A stretch of DNA of 64,000 bases from Chiloscyllium plagiosum. Lineage: Eukaryota. Shown here in pieces: positions 39,986-52,279 of the stretch. The notes below the pieces were generated by a model. The model ran no database searches. It was not told the origin of the DNA and saw nothing but the letters and a program-made list of their open reading frames with translations. Where the stretch lies: positions 75,449,764-75,513,763 of the forward strand of contig NC_057711.1 in NCBI RefSeq assembly GCF_004010195.1, in the 5' to 3' direction. Each line of letters opens with the position of its first letter. Position 1 is the stretch's first letter. A program made the translations under genes and the position numbers.

Positions 39986-41240
39986 CATCAAATGTTTTGG
40001 TGCTTTTCATCAAAGGCTTATATAATCTTGCTGATCTTGCCTTAATATTTCTTTAGTTGGTTGAGAAGTCTTTTCCATGGGGTCAGTTTTCATGTCTTGA
40101 TCCTTATTTGAATGGAGGCAAATGGGATTTAAAATGGGGAGGGACTTGACTCTGATTCCTGCCCCATTCCTGCTGTAAGCTTTTAATGGCCCTGGCATTA
40201 AGTCACAGATAGTGAGCCTCCTATGCTGCAGTCCCATACTTGCCCATTTCATTGCAGGACTAGCCATTTGCAACTCCGTTATTTTCATAGAGTTGGATTG
40301 ATTTGTTGCAAGAAGTTAGTCGAACCACCTCAAGGGAAGTCAGAAACCATGGGGAAGCTTAGTCTGGAGTCAAATCTTTTAATAAGAAGTTCAAAATGTG
40401 TTGGCACCTTCAGGGTTTTGTAATATAATGGGATATGATAAGTTAAATGGCTTTGACCAACATTGTGAAAGTTTGGGTGTATTTGAGTACATTATGCGTT
40501 TGGTAAAATGTTCTTCTGAATTGACTGTTATTAAGATTTTAAATGTTCATATTATATGCAATTTAATATTTTCTTTGTTCGAAAGTCCAACCATCTGTTC
40601 AATCTCACAAGCATTGGAGTAAATGGTTATCTGTTCCAGTGCTTCAAAAGGCTTCAAGCTATTCAACCCAGCAAGTTCAAAGTGTTTAATATTTCAGATC
40701 TGGAGGATTTGTTAACATAGTTGTGCAAGTGATGTTTGTCTGAGCTCTAAACCTACTACTGGATTAATTTCAATCAGGATTGTTGACAGAATTGTGAAAT
40801 AGATTGTGAGTTTTATTTTTTATGTCAATTTTATCAGCTTCTTAGATGATTATAGTTTTAAAATTAATGAATGGCAGTATTTTGAACTGTTTTGACAGTT
40901 TCATGACCATGAAAGAGTTCCCAATGTTATGATAGGGTTCATGAATTCTGTCCTTTGTAGAGAATATGAGGTGGCATGATTGGGTGTGGGGGAGGAATGA
41001 GGGGTGTGGAGCACAAGGTACATAATGCCCATTCACAGAAGTGAGCCAAAGTCCTAGTGAACTGGCTGTTTTCTCGAACCTCCAGCCTCCTTGCCTTGGT
41101 ATCCATCTACTTCTTTTGCGCTTTCAGCCTGCTGCTAGAATTTGACATCAGTCTACCTCTGCCATAAAAATAGCATGAGTTGGCACTGTCAGGCGGGAGG
41201 TGGAATCATGACAAAAAATTGCCTGATTCTCAACCCATAC

Positions 41241-41483
41241 TCTAGATTAGAGTAATACTGGAAAAGCACAGCAGGTCAGGCAGCATCCGAGGAGCAGGAA
41301 AATTGACGTTTCGGGCAAAAGCCCTTCATCAGGAATAGAGCTCTATTCATAATGAAGGGCTTTTGCCTGAAACATCAATTTCCCTGCTCCTCGGATGCTG
41401 CCTGACCTGTTGTGCTTCTCCAGCACCATTCTAATCTAGACTCTGGTTTCCAGCATCTGCAGTCCTTGTTTTTACTGAGTTGA
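41241..41483. mobile_element. Palindromic PLE-derived mini-element with an intact antisense hammerhead core
   Basis: TSD TCTCAACCCATAC (41228-41240 / 41484-41496). Symmetry centre gaatagag|ctctattc. Minus-strand CTGATGA-AGGGC-TTTT-GCCC-GAAA-CGTC at 41305-41332. Confidence 0.87.
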
Positions 41484-42041
41484 TCTCAACCCATACGTAG
41501 AGGATGAAAATCTGGACATTGATCATATTTGGTATACTTCTAAAATGTGCATTTTCAACTTTATGAAACCCAAGATTTGGTTTAGCAAAACCAAGTAAAA
41601 TGGAGGTCTCTTACTTCCTTTGGTGTGACTATCTTTCTCTGTATGCCTGTCTGTGTGTTTCATGCTCTTTCACACTCCCTCTGATTATGGATAAGGGACA
41701 CTTGAAGAAGTTTAGTTCGCAAATTGTCAGCCTGGTAACAAGGTCAATGTCTTTGGAACTATCCTATGAAATTAGGACATGAAATTATGCTGAGAGTTCA
41801 AATTTCAGTGACAAGTTGTGGAAGAAAATGTGACCAATCAAGTCATTTTGGACAAAGACCAGAAAGCAACCATGAAAGCCACATGATTGTTATAAAGACT
41901 TGACCAGTTCAGCAAGCTCCATTGAAGAAGGGAACCTGGCACTCATACCTAATATGCAATCAACACTGAATACCTCTGGAATTATCTCAATACACCATCA
42001 GGATATCTAGAAATGAGTAATAAACGTAGTATAAACAATGT

Positions 42042-42212
42042 TGGCACATGTATTAATCTATTCGAACCAGATTAGCTAAGTAGCAGCACTTGTCCAGCTA
42101 ACTGCCACAATTCTTTAGAGATATAGCCCTCAACTAGATTCCACACAATCTTGCTTTTCCTGAGACAGGCTTCAGGGCAAACCAGTAAACATAGGGAAGG
42201 GATGAAATGGCA
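42042..42212 (+). repeat. 171-bp direct repeat, copy 1
   Basis: Matches 43124-43294 with 2 substitutions that I could see. Starts and ends with TGGCA. Confidence 0.95.
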
Positions 42213-42815
42213 GTAGAAAACAGAATAACATGAGCAATTTATTCTCACGTGTATTTTAACAAAAAAATGAAAAGTTTCATAATTCGCCATATCAGGGCAC
42301 CTAAATTAATGACAGAAGTCATAAATAAGAAGGAGAAAACAAAAAGTTCATCACAGTTCAATTAACGGCTGCTGGGTTCGGAGCGCACTGGAAAACCAGG
42401 CCGAAGCCACCACAACGCCGGGCCCAGACTACCCTGCCCTGCCCCACCACACTACGAACAGACCTCCATGCTGGGCTGCTGGAATACCTGGAAGCCATCA
42501 AAGAAGCCCTCCATACGGGGACAAGAACGCGCAGCCAAGCCGAGACTGTCCCTCCTGGACAAGACCGTCTGCTAGGTACCAGGCCTGTACTGCCATTCGA
42601 GCAGGTGGAAGCCACTTCGTTGCTGGGCCTGAGCTGGGAGAAGATTCCTTCCACCGAAGTTATTAAAAGAGAACGTACCATAACAAATGGAAACTTTTTT
42701 TTAAAACAAAGAGCATATTAAGGAAAAATAAAGTAAAACAGATGGAGCAGACGAGCTCTGGGCTCCTGGACAGTGGAATGTGTACATTGCAATGCCATTC
42801 CACCACAATCTTGGT
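42213..42815 (-). mobile_element. Non-autonomous GC-rich retroposon with a LINE-like 3' tail
   Basis: Minus strand begins ccaagattg..., has a GC/CpG-rich body (42360-42660) and ends ...aaacttttca...tacacgtgagaataaa...tgttattctgttttcta, resembling Rex/L2-type 3' tails. Confidence 0.5.
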
Positions 42816-43123
42816 GAAAAAAAATAGTTAATAGAAGTTAAATACTAACAGGTTGAGTTAGATACTTCACTGACAAAAAGAAGTCAGTGGTTATGAGGAC
42901 AGGCAGGAAAGTGTGTTAAGGTCACAATCAGATCAGCCGTAGTCTTGATAACAAAGCAGGTCATAGGGCTGAAGGCTTTATTCATGCTCCTGTTTCTTAT
43001 GTTCTCATTGTGCACTCATATTAAAGGATCAAAATCCCAGCAGTGACAGACATTTGAAGTTAACTGCCCATGATGAATGAATGTTATCATGCCTTGTTCC
43101 TAAAGAAACGACAACGAGCCTTC

Positions 43124-43294
43124 TGGCACATGTGTTAATCTATTCGAACCAGATTAGCTAAGTAGCAGCACTTGTCCAGCTAACTACCACAATTCTTTAG
43201 AGATATAGCCCTCAACTAGATTCCACACAATCTTGCTTTTCCTGAGACAGGCTTCAGGGCAAACCAGTAAACATAGGGAAGGGATGAAATGGCA
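43124..43294 (+). repeat. 171-bp direct repeat, copy 2
   Basis: Matches 42042-42212. Confidence 0.95.
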
Positions 43295-43624
43295 TGCAAT
43301 AAAAAGTCATTCTACAGTACTGAATTGAACTATTTGTCAATTTTGACCCTCAGTAAACTAGAATATAATTCTCTCTCTAGTGTAATGCAGGATAAATATA
43401 AGCATTAAAGTATAATTGGGTGAAGTTGAGTTGGTTCAAAGTTAAGTGTTAGATTGAAAAAATAGAAGTTTTTTTGGATTCAATTTGAAGTTTGTCAAAA
43501 TAATCTAATTTTAATCTGAATTTCTTCTGTTACAAAATGGTCAGAACTGTTCCATTAACCAGAGTTCAAAATTTAGTAAATTTGCAGTCAGAATTGTGAA
43601 TATTATTCAGTTTATGAAATGAGA

Positions 43625-43800
43625 GCTCAATAAAATCTTGTGTATCCAGGCAGGAGGCTGGAAGAACACAGCAAGCCAGGCAGCATCAGGTGGTGGAGAA
43701 GTTGACATTTCAGGTGTAATCCTCCTTCAGGACTGGGGGTGGGCATGGGGGAGCTGTAGATAAAGGGGGTGGTGAAGTGGGGATAGCTGAAGACCAGAGA
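43625..43800 (-). mobile_element. PLE-derived 3' end, single arm
   Basis: ggctggaagaacacagcaagccaggcagcatc...gttgacatttcaggtgtaatcctccttcagg; decayed core CTGAAGG...GAAATGTC on the minus strand. Confidence 0.6.
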
Positions 43801-44219
43801 GAGGGTACAACTGACACAATTTCTGACCATGTAAGGTAGACCTGATTGTGCTTTGCTTCACACTAGGAACTAGCTCAATTATTTATCCTCAGGAATGAAG
43901 GGTCTGTATTTTCATAAAGGAAATGGGGACTGGGTACAGGAAATTTAGTCACCTGATATCTCAAACCTGTCCTGGAGAAGCCTGTTCACCATACTATCAT
44001 TTTTGGGATCAACATAGGCTCAGGATGGGTCAGGCACCTATGGAGGTAGTGGTGAGGTGGAATCAGAGGTGGGTGGATAGCAAGGCTAGCAGATTTTGAA
44101 GGCTGTCCTCCATTTACTGGGACATTGGCCAAGCTCTATTCATGATTGTTTAGCCATCTAGCCCTCACCCCACCTCCTCTTTCCATACCCTTTTGTATCT
44201 CTTAAGACCCTCCCATGTC

Positions 44220-44550
44220 CATGAGGAGATATTACTGGATGAGTAATCTAGAGTCCCAGAGTAATATTCTGTGGTCATGGGCTCATATCCTACCAAGGCA
44301 GTTGGGGGAATTTAAATAGAGCTTAAGTTTAGAATTGAAAGCTAGTCTCAATGGTGCTGATATGTTGTAAAATCACATTTGGGTCACTTATATCATTTCT
44401 TTACTAAGTCTGAGAAACATGTAACTCTAGACCAACAGCAATGTAGCTCATTCTAACTCCTTCTGAAATGGCCAAGAAAGTTATTCAGTTCAATTAGCGG
44501 TGGGCAAGAAAAGTTGGTCTTGCCAGCAATATTCATATTCCATGGAGAAT
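44220..44550 (+). mobile_element. Degenerate Deu-domain-type SINE
   Basis: taatctagagtcccagagtaatattctg...gtaactctagaccaacagcaatgt...ttctgaaatggcc. Confidence 0.55.
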
Positions 44551-47500
44551 AAGAGAAACTTATCTGTGTACCTAATACATAATCAGCAAACTACATAGCC
44601 ATATTAGAAATACTTTTTTCTTCTTCTGAGCATTTCTAACGAACATTCAACATTCCTTTTAAAAAAACATTGACCCTATCACCTTCTCATCAAGCTGTCA
44701 ATTATACAAAGGTAGTCAAAATTTCGTTTCGGAAACCTTCAATCCATTTTGCACCTCTTAATCATACGCAAATAAACAGACAAGCATTGAAACATCTCCA
44801 GAAGCAACAATCAGGTTATTACAAGGTAATAAATGTATCTGTCTCACATAGCTAGCATCCCCTTTGTAACTGAGTAAACAGATCCCTGCTAAGTTGAATC
44901 CATTGCTGGAGCTCAGCCAAGCATTTAAAGTTATGGCATCTGCCAACTATGGCAATAAAATAAGGTGAACCAGATGGCCATGCATTTATTTTTCCAGATT
45001 GTCAATATTCATAATGAAACTAAGATTTTTTTCTCTTGATTTATAAAGTTTCTGTTCCTTGTGATTTGAGCTACATCTTGTAATGCTCCCATGCTATACC
45101 ATGCATTAAAAGTATATCTAAAGAACATCTGAAAGGTAGTGAGTTAAAATATGATATTTTTCTTCGCTAGTGTAAGGGCACTGAGGCCAGTTGTCATTTC
45201 TGTGCCATCATACCAATTGAGATCAGTTCTTCCAGTAGATATCACAGGCTAATCCTGGCTTCTGTCTCATCTGTATGGCTCAGAAGCCATGCAACCTGAC
45301 TCCTTTAAACACAATTATTGTGATAATGTTTCTTTTCATATTATTTTTAAAATTCTCAATGCCTTTTGTGTATATAATATCAAATAAAATAATAAAGAGC
45401 CTAATTTTTTTTTCAAAGCTTTAACACAGATGGCATTGATGAGTAGTGTGCCTTTTACTCAGAGTTTATACCAGCTGAGCCCCTCAGTTACACTTCAGCT
45501 TGTAATAATATTTGGTATTTGTCTACCTATCTCCTGCATATTCTGTAATTAATTTAATTTGCATATCAATAAGTCAAATTGAGCAGATCATTTTCTGTCA
45601 TTCCTTTTTTACTTCTGACAGTCTCTTGCTGTAGCAGCCCACACATATCTATCTCCATTGCTGAACATTTCCTGAACCGTATAATTATCCATCTTGAATG
45701 TATTAACCAAGAAGTGCCAAACCTACAGGAGCAACTTCCCTGCAGCAGGAAAATAAAAATTCATTCACAATTGACTAGAGATATGAAATACTCTCCTCTC
45801 ATATTTTAGGTATCCCTTAAAATGTTTCTGTTTGAGTTCCATAATCTATAAATAAGGAAGCATTTGTCACAGTTCAGTTGCTACTTCTGTTGACTAACAA
45901 TGTAGTATGGTTTGAATAGGTAAAGAAATTATTAACATCTTCTGCCAATTCTTTGCTACAGAGCTGAGTTGAGAGAGAGAAGCTCCAAACCTGGAGGGGA
46001 TGTTAGCCCTGAAAAATAAGGGAAGTTTTCTTTGGATAGCTCTTCCATTCTCTCATGGCATGACCAGTAGTAAAAAATGTATTGTTCTCACTCCCTCCCT
46101 CCTTTAATACAAGGATTGGTACATAGCACGATTCTCAAATAAGAATACAAATTTTATTCCTTGTGAGCAATGATAAAAAAAAAGTAATTATGGAAACTTG
46201 AGTTCAAATTCTAGATTGGATTGGTGAAAAGGAAAACTGATTGTAGAAAGGAGATTTCTAATAAACAGAATCCAATTTTTAAAGTCAATTAAGTGATGCT
46301 AAAGTGACCGCTCCTTTTAGCTCAATTGTTAAATGCTCTGTGTACTGTTGGATACAGGCCACGTAGATTAGGAAATTACTGGTTTAATCTTTGGAGTGTC
46401 CTGCTTTCACTGAATTATGTTTCCATGGTGCATTAGTATTTAGTAATTTTGGTGCTGACAGTACACTTGTGTGGGCAATGGTAATGTTAATGTCATTCTC
46501 AACTGCAACATTCCCAATGGTTCAATTGGCTTTAAGTATTCTCTTTTCAAACTGCTCCCTGGATAAACCTGCTATCGTCACTGCCCTAAAAAAGATGGAC
46601 ATTAGGAGGCATTAGAAAAATGGAAAAGCAAGTAAAGCAGAGAACTAAATGTTTTCTAATTAAAAAAAAATATATGTTTCACATCTAAAATCTGGGAAGA
46701 AGCAGGTCTAATAAGAGGGGGAAATATTTTTGTGTTACAGTGGAGTCAATAGCTGTAGCAATATTAGAAAACAAAGTAAATCTTTAAACTTGGTATAACA
46801 CAGAGATTACTAATTTTCCCTTGGAATTCACATGTAAAATATACCATTTACAATGGCTACAAACTCAAAAAATATTTAAAAATGAAATACATTGTTGACT
46901 CAGTGAAGAATGGGTGATATGTGCCCAATGACAATGGGAAGAAAAATTAATCTGGATTTTTCTAACAATAAGTAATGAGGTGAGCTACAAGTGATGGTTG
47001 ATTTTCCTGTGGTACCTTACTTCTGTTCTGGTGTTTTCCCTGTGAGAGATCCACAGTGCAGAATAAGACTTCTCTTTGTGACACAAGTTGCAGGCAATAA
47101 ACCTGACAGAAAAGTAAATAGAAAAGCATTTTGTGTGGGAGTTGAGGAAATTTGCAGCTGGATGTGGGTTAGTAAATTAGATAATAGAGATAATACAGCA
47201 GCTGTTTTATTCTTTTTACATTGTTACATTATTTTAAACCTTGTCCATTCCTGACATAGTCCTTACTAATAACGGAATAAATAATGGATGATGGAAAAAT
47301 AGTAATTTACTATCACAGCAGGATCAAATGATTAACCTATTGCGGAGTAGTCTGTAATCATGGTAATGTTCTTTTTTACTTTTTGAACAGAATAATTGAC
47401 TTTCCATTGAACAGCAGTCTCTGAAATAAGCAATTATTTTGTCTGTTTTGTAGACAGGTTGTTTGAACACTGAATACTCAGTCTTTCAGATGTCAAAGAA

Positions 47501-47978
47501 AGAGAGAAGGGGCAAGACAGTAACCTGGGAAATTGCTGTTGGCACAAAGCATTACACTAGTCAAAATTATGTAGCAAGGGAACAGCAATTTTATTGGTTG
47601 AGAGTTTTGCACCCCTGAGGGCCTGATATAAATTTTAGTGAGTGGTGAGCTAGTTTGGCAACAACTCCCAATCATTACAGCTACTGAAGAAGGAAACCCA
47701 CAACATGGTTATTTTTATGCGCCATTCCTGTGTTGTACTAATACCATCTTGATGAACTGGACATAAAAAACAAACCATGTTGGTTAAGCAAGGAACAGCA
47801 AACTAAAAGAAAGCAGTGTCTATCAGCTTTAAGAATTGGGAGGCAATGGTCAAGTGGTATTATCAATAAGGTGTTAATCCAGAGACCCCGGCAATGTTCT
47901 GCGGATAAAAGGGGAGGCCAGATTTTATGATGTGAAGTTGTGGAACTCCGTTCTGAAGACTGAAAAAGTGCTTCAGTT

Positions 47979-48375
47979 GGGGCCATGCAGTGGTTAGCAC
48001 AGCTGCCTCACAGCACCAGGGCCCCGGGTTTGATTCCAAACTTGGGCTGAGTCTGTGTGGGTTCCCCCCCCCACAGTCCAAAGATATGCACGTTTGGTGG
48101 ATTATCCTTGCCAAATTGCCCATAGCGTCCAGAAATGTGTGGGTTAGCCATTCCTGATGAAGGGCTCTGGCCCAAAACGTCGATTTTCCTGCTCCTCAGA
48201 TGCTGCCTGACCTGCTGTACTTTTTCAGAAACACACTGTCAACTCTGATCTCCAGCGTCTGCAGACCTCACTGTCTCCTAGCCTTGGGAAATGCAGAGTG
48301 GTAGGGTAGGGAGTGTGAATCTGTGTGGGATTCTGTTCGGAAGGTCTGTGTGGACTCAATTAGCCGAATGATTGT
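47979..48375 (+). mobile_element. HE1/V-SINE carrying a PLE-derived insert
   Basis: Head cagtggttagcacagctgcctcacagc; body interrupted at about 48150-48278. Confidence 0.8.
48150..48278 (+). mobile_element. PLE-derived single-arm insert with a mutated hammerhead core
   Basis: CTGATGA-AGGGC-TCTG-GCCC-AAAA-CGTC followed by the family tail gatgctgcctgacctgctg...tctccagcgtctgcag. Confidence 0.8.
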
Positions 48376-48469
48376 AATTGCTTTAAGCTCTTTCAGTGGA
48401 AGAAGCAAGGAAGGAGCACAGAAAGACTGGTCAACGTGTCAGGTCACCAAAGGTGTATTCAATAGCATG

Positions 48470-48575
48470 CCACTCGCTTACAGGCCCAGGCACATCAACC
48501 CAGCAATGATTGACAAGCAAAGGCTCCAGACGTTCAGGTTTGGCAAGGAGGTAATTCTAGAACTATTTGTTTCAG
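48470..48575 (+). mobile_element. Harbinger transposase N-terminal remnant
   Basis: YRPRHINPAMIDKQRLQTFRFGKEVILEL resembles the YRxRxxYxxMxxxQCxRRLRFxKExVxEL start of HARBI1-like transposases. Confidence 0.45.
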
Positions 48576-49051
48576 GGAGACCTCCAATGAATTACGGTTT
48601 GGCCATGGAATTTGATGACACGCTGACTGTTCCCTTAGTTTTTTCCAGTGAGGTCTCTTTTCATAGGTTTGTCGTCAGGTTGACTGAATACAGAGGGAAA
48701 ATATATTCCATTGCTTCCCCAACACACACAGTCAGCAACTCCACCAACTTGCTGGCACTCCTTAATTACAGAGTGGTAGATGACAAATTGTTCAACCTGG
48801 CAACAAATTATGACAAGTGAAAAGGAATCTGCTGTGCCAGTGGGATTTAGAATGGCCAGCATTGCAGAGTCATGCAAATAATTGTGGACATCCCTTGTAC
48901 AATCAAGATACTGCAATTATCTTTTATAGAATTATTTGATGGAGATACAGATGTAATAGAGATTGACAGGGTAATTTCATAAACAGCAAAATACCTCTGT
49001 TGCGCATTGCAGCAGCCATTGTCAAAAGTCAGTGCAAACACAGTGAATATA

Positions 49052-49511
49052 TAGTCATATAGTCATAGAGTCATAAAGCATGGAAACAGACCCTTCGGTT
49101 GTGCCGACCTGACATCCCAATCTGACCTAGTCCCATTTGCCAGCATTTGGCCCATATCTTCCTAAACCCTTCCTATTCTTGCACCCATCCAGACGTCTTT
49201 TGAATGTTGTAATTATACCTGCCTCCACCACTTCCTCTGGCAGCACCCTCTGCATGAAAAAGTTATCCCTCAGGTCCTTTTTAAATCTTGCCCCTCACAC
49301 CTTAAACTATGCCCTCTTGCTTTGGACTCTGCCACTCCAGGAAAAAGACCTTAGCTATTCACCCTATCCATGCCTCACACGATTTGATAAACCTCTATAA
49401 CGTCACCTCTCAGCCTCTGACACTCCACTGAAAAAGAGCCCCAGCCTGTTCAGCCTCTCCCTAGAACTCAAACATCCAGTCCTGGCAACATCCTTGTAAA
49501 TCTTTCTGCAC
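49052..49511 (-). mobile_element. CR1 LINE 3' fragment
   Basis: agtcatat-type tail, ctagtcccatttgccagcatttggcccatatc, RERLNRLGLF on the minus strand. Confidence 0.85.
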
Positions 49512-49924
49512 TTGCTCAAGTCTAACAAAGTCATCCTGCAATTGTAGCATGTTATTGGCATTTTAAAGTGGTATTTTCGATATCTGGACCGAACAAGATA
49601 CTTTATAACCCAGCCCACCCTCCTCAAGACTCATACATAGATATACAGAAGACATTTACTGCAAAGGAAGCTATTCTTTATTCATATCAATTATCATCTT
49701 CCTAATTAGTCTCCAAGACTTTTGGATTGTTCAGACAATATTGGCCCTGTCCTCTATTTCCTTCAGATTTACTGTGGCCAACCATTTTTCAGAAAACCTC
49801 TGTCCTCTCAAGCAAACTCATTTTCTGTAACACCTGTAGCAGCAACTTCAGTACAACTTTATTACAGCTAACAGCCTGAATTTAAGAAACTTCAACTTCT
49901 GTGGAATTTCAAATCAAACTGAGG

Positions 49925-51640
49925 AGGGCAGTGTAGAATTAGAAAAGGACCTAAAGTAGTTGGAGGAGTGGGCAGATAGATGGCAGATGAAGTTCAATAC
50001 AGAGAGGTGTAAGGCAAAAATTTTTGTAGTCAAGAGTGTGGTGCTGGGAAAGCATAGCAGGTCAGGCAGCATCTGAGGAACAGGAGAATTGACGTTTTGT
50101 GCATAAGCCCTTCGTCAGGAATGATGAACGGTTTATGCCTGAAACATCAATTCTCCTGCGCCTTGGATGCTGCCCGACCTGCTGGGCTTTTCCAGCACCA
50201 CACTCTCAACTGATCTCCAGTAACCACAGTCCTCACTTTCTCTTCCTACAAAAAAAATTTGGAGAATGGATAATATGAAATAAGGGGTAAAACTCTTTCA
50301 AGGGTGAAGGAGCAAAAAGACTTAAATAAACGTAGATCATTGAAAGTGCAATACAGAGGTAGAGATTAGTTTACAAAGCAGACATTACAGGGACATGGTG
50401 TACAGGAGCAAGGAAATTATGCTGAACTTACACAAGATGCTTGTTAGATCTTTTCTTTATTATATACCTCAGCTAAAGTATTGGTGCAGTTCAGAATACC
50501 ACACCTTCGGAAGGATCTGAACACAGTGGAAAAGTGCAAAAGGGATTTACAAGAGTTGTTCCAGGCATGAGAAACTTCAGGAACAAGCCTAGATTGGAGA
50601 CATTCAGAATGAATTTTTGGAGAGAGAAGGAGTCTTGGAGGAGATCAAAGTTTTGAAAATTATGAGGGGGCTGGATAGAGTAGATTAGGAGAAACTGATA
50701 ACTGTCCGTAAAAGGAGGCATTTAGTATGCTTGCCTTTATTGGTCAGTGCACTGAGTACAGGAGTAGGGAGGTCATGTTGTCGCTGCACAGGTTTGGCCA
50801 CTTTGGAGTATTGTGTGTAATTCTGGTATCCTTCCTATAGGAAGGATATTGTGCAACTTGAAAAGGTTCAGGAAAGATTTATGAAGATGTTGTCAGTGTT
50901 GAACAGTTTGAGCTATAGAGAGAGGCTGAATAAGCTGGGGCTATTTTCCTTGGAGTGTAGGAAGCTGAGGAGTGACCTTAAAGAGGCGTATAACATCATG
51001 AGGGGCAAGGATAGGGTAAATAGGCAAGGTCTTTTCCCCGAGGTGAGGGAGTCCAAAACTGGAGGGCATGGTTTAGGGTGAGAGGGGAAAATTTTAAAAG
51101 GAACCTAAGGGTCAACTTTTACTCGCAGTCGCTGGTGCATGTATGGAATAAGCTTCCAGAGGAAGTGGTGGAGGTTGGTACAATTATGGCATTTAAAAGG
51201 CATCTGGATGGGTATATGAATTAGAAGGGTTTAGAGAGATATGGGTCAAATGCTGGCAAATGGGACTAGATTTATATAGGATATCTGGTCAGCATGAACA
51301 AATTGGACCGAAGCATCTGTTTCCGTGCTGCTTATCTCTATGACTCAATTACTGAGAACAAAGTTTGAAGTGATTGGCAAAAGTACGAGAGAAATAATTT
51401 TTTCATGCAGTGCATAGTTCAAGTCTGGAAATCACTACTTCGATGTGTAGTGGAAGCAAGTTCAATTGAGGCATTCAAGTGGACTTCAGATGATTATTTG
51501 AATAAAAGCAATGTACAACGGTGCAGGGAAAAGGCGGGAGATGGCAGTAAGCCCTGAAACTCATTTACAGAGCCAGTGTATACATAATAGGCTGAATGGC
51601 ACCATCTACTGCACCATATCCCTTCTGTGGTTCTGTGATG
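49925..51640 (+). mobile_element. Old CR1 3' region with nested younger CR1 (about 50715-51345) and a palindromic insert
   Basis: Outer element WADRWQMKFN...QKGFTRVVPGMRNF...; inner LEKVQERFMKML...ERLNKLGLFSLE with its own tail at about 51345; outer element resumes at about 51350. Confidence 0.8.
50030..50246. mobile_element. Palindromic PLE-derived mini-element
   Basis: gagtgtggtgctgggaaagc...gcttttccagcaccacactctc arms; both hammerhead cores mutated. Confidence 0.8.
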
Positions 51641-52279
51641 TCAGCTATTATTCTATTTTCAACATTAAAATGCAATGGGTTAAACTGTTGCTCAAGTCTT
51701 GTGTATCCTGCTGAACTGATGAGCAATTACAGATGCTCTATTTATGGTAGGATTTTAAAGGTTGGTCCACGTCTTCAGAAAAACATATCAGTAGCATGGC
51801 GTCATACCCTGAACGTTTGCAGTTCTTGCAATTCCTAGAAGACTTTATATCCCAGGTGCTAAATCTTGAGAGTAGATTTCTGTCCAATTTCTATTTGTTG
51901 TAAGTGGACTATGTGTATTTCTTCCTGGCAACCTTTTGGTAATTTGTGCTGCCCTGTTATATGATTGGAATAAAATAGGGAGTGGAAAGGCAGGTCAGCA
52001 AGAGAATTTCCCTTCTCCTTCTGTTCTTTGCCAAACTTTTTTTAACTTTATTACTATATTGTGTTATGTCATACTCCAACTTATCCCAGAACTGCTTGAA
52101 GCACACCATCATATTGAAAGCATGCTCGTCAGTCATCTAACAGTTTAATTTTGGCCCAATCACTCGTGTCTGTGAATGTAAAGCTTGTGCATAAAAGTTA
52201 GTTGGAATAGACATCTGTTGAATTCTTCATTACCACAATATCAATGCCCAATTTATTTTGTGATTATGCTTATGTTATC

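Noticed and set aside
47440..47475. Acceptor-like ttttgtag followed by AC AGG (Asp-Arg) as the next RORB exon
   Set aside because: It continues LFEH* rather than the expected IAQNIIKSH. I found no ligand-binding-domain exon in the window.
48323..48820. 165-aa ORF as a nested gene
   Set aside because: GTG start inside a SINE tail, fused to a Harbinger remnant and unrelated sequence; no coherent domain.
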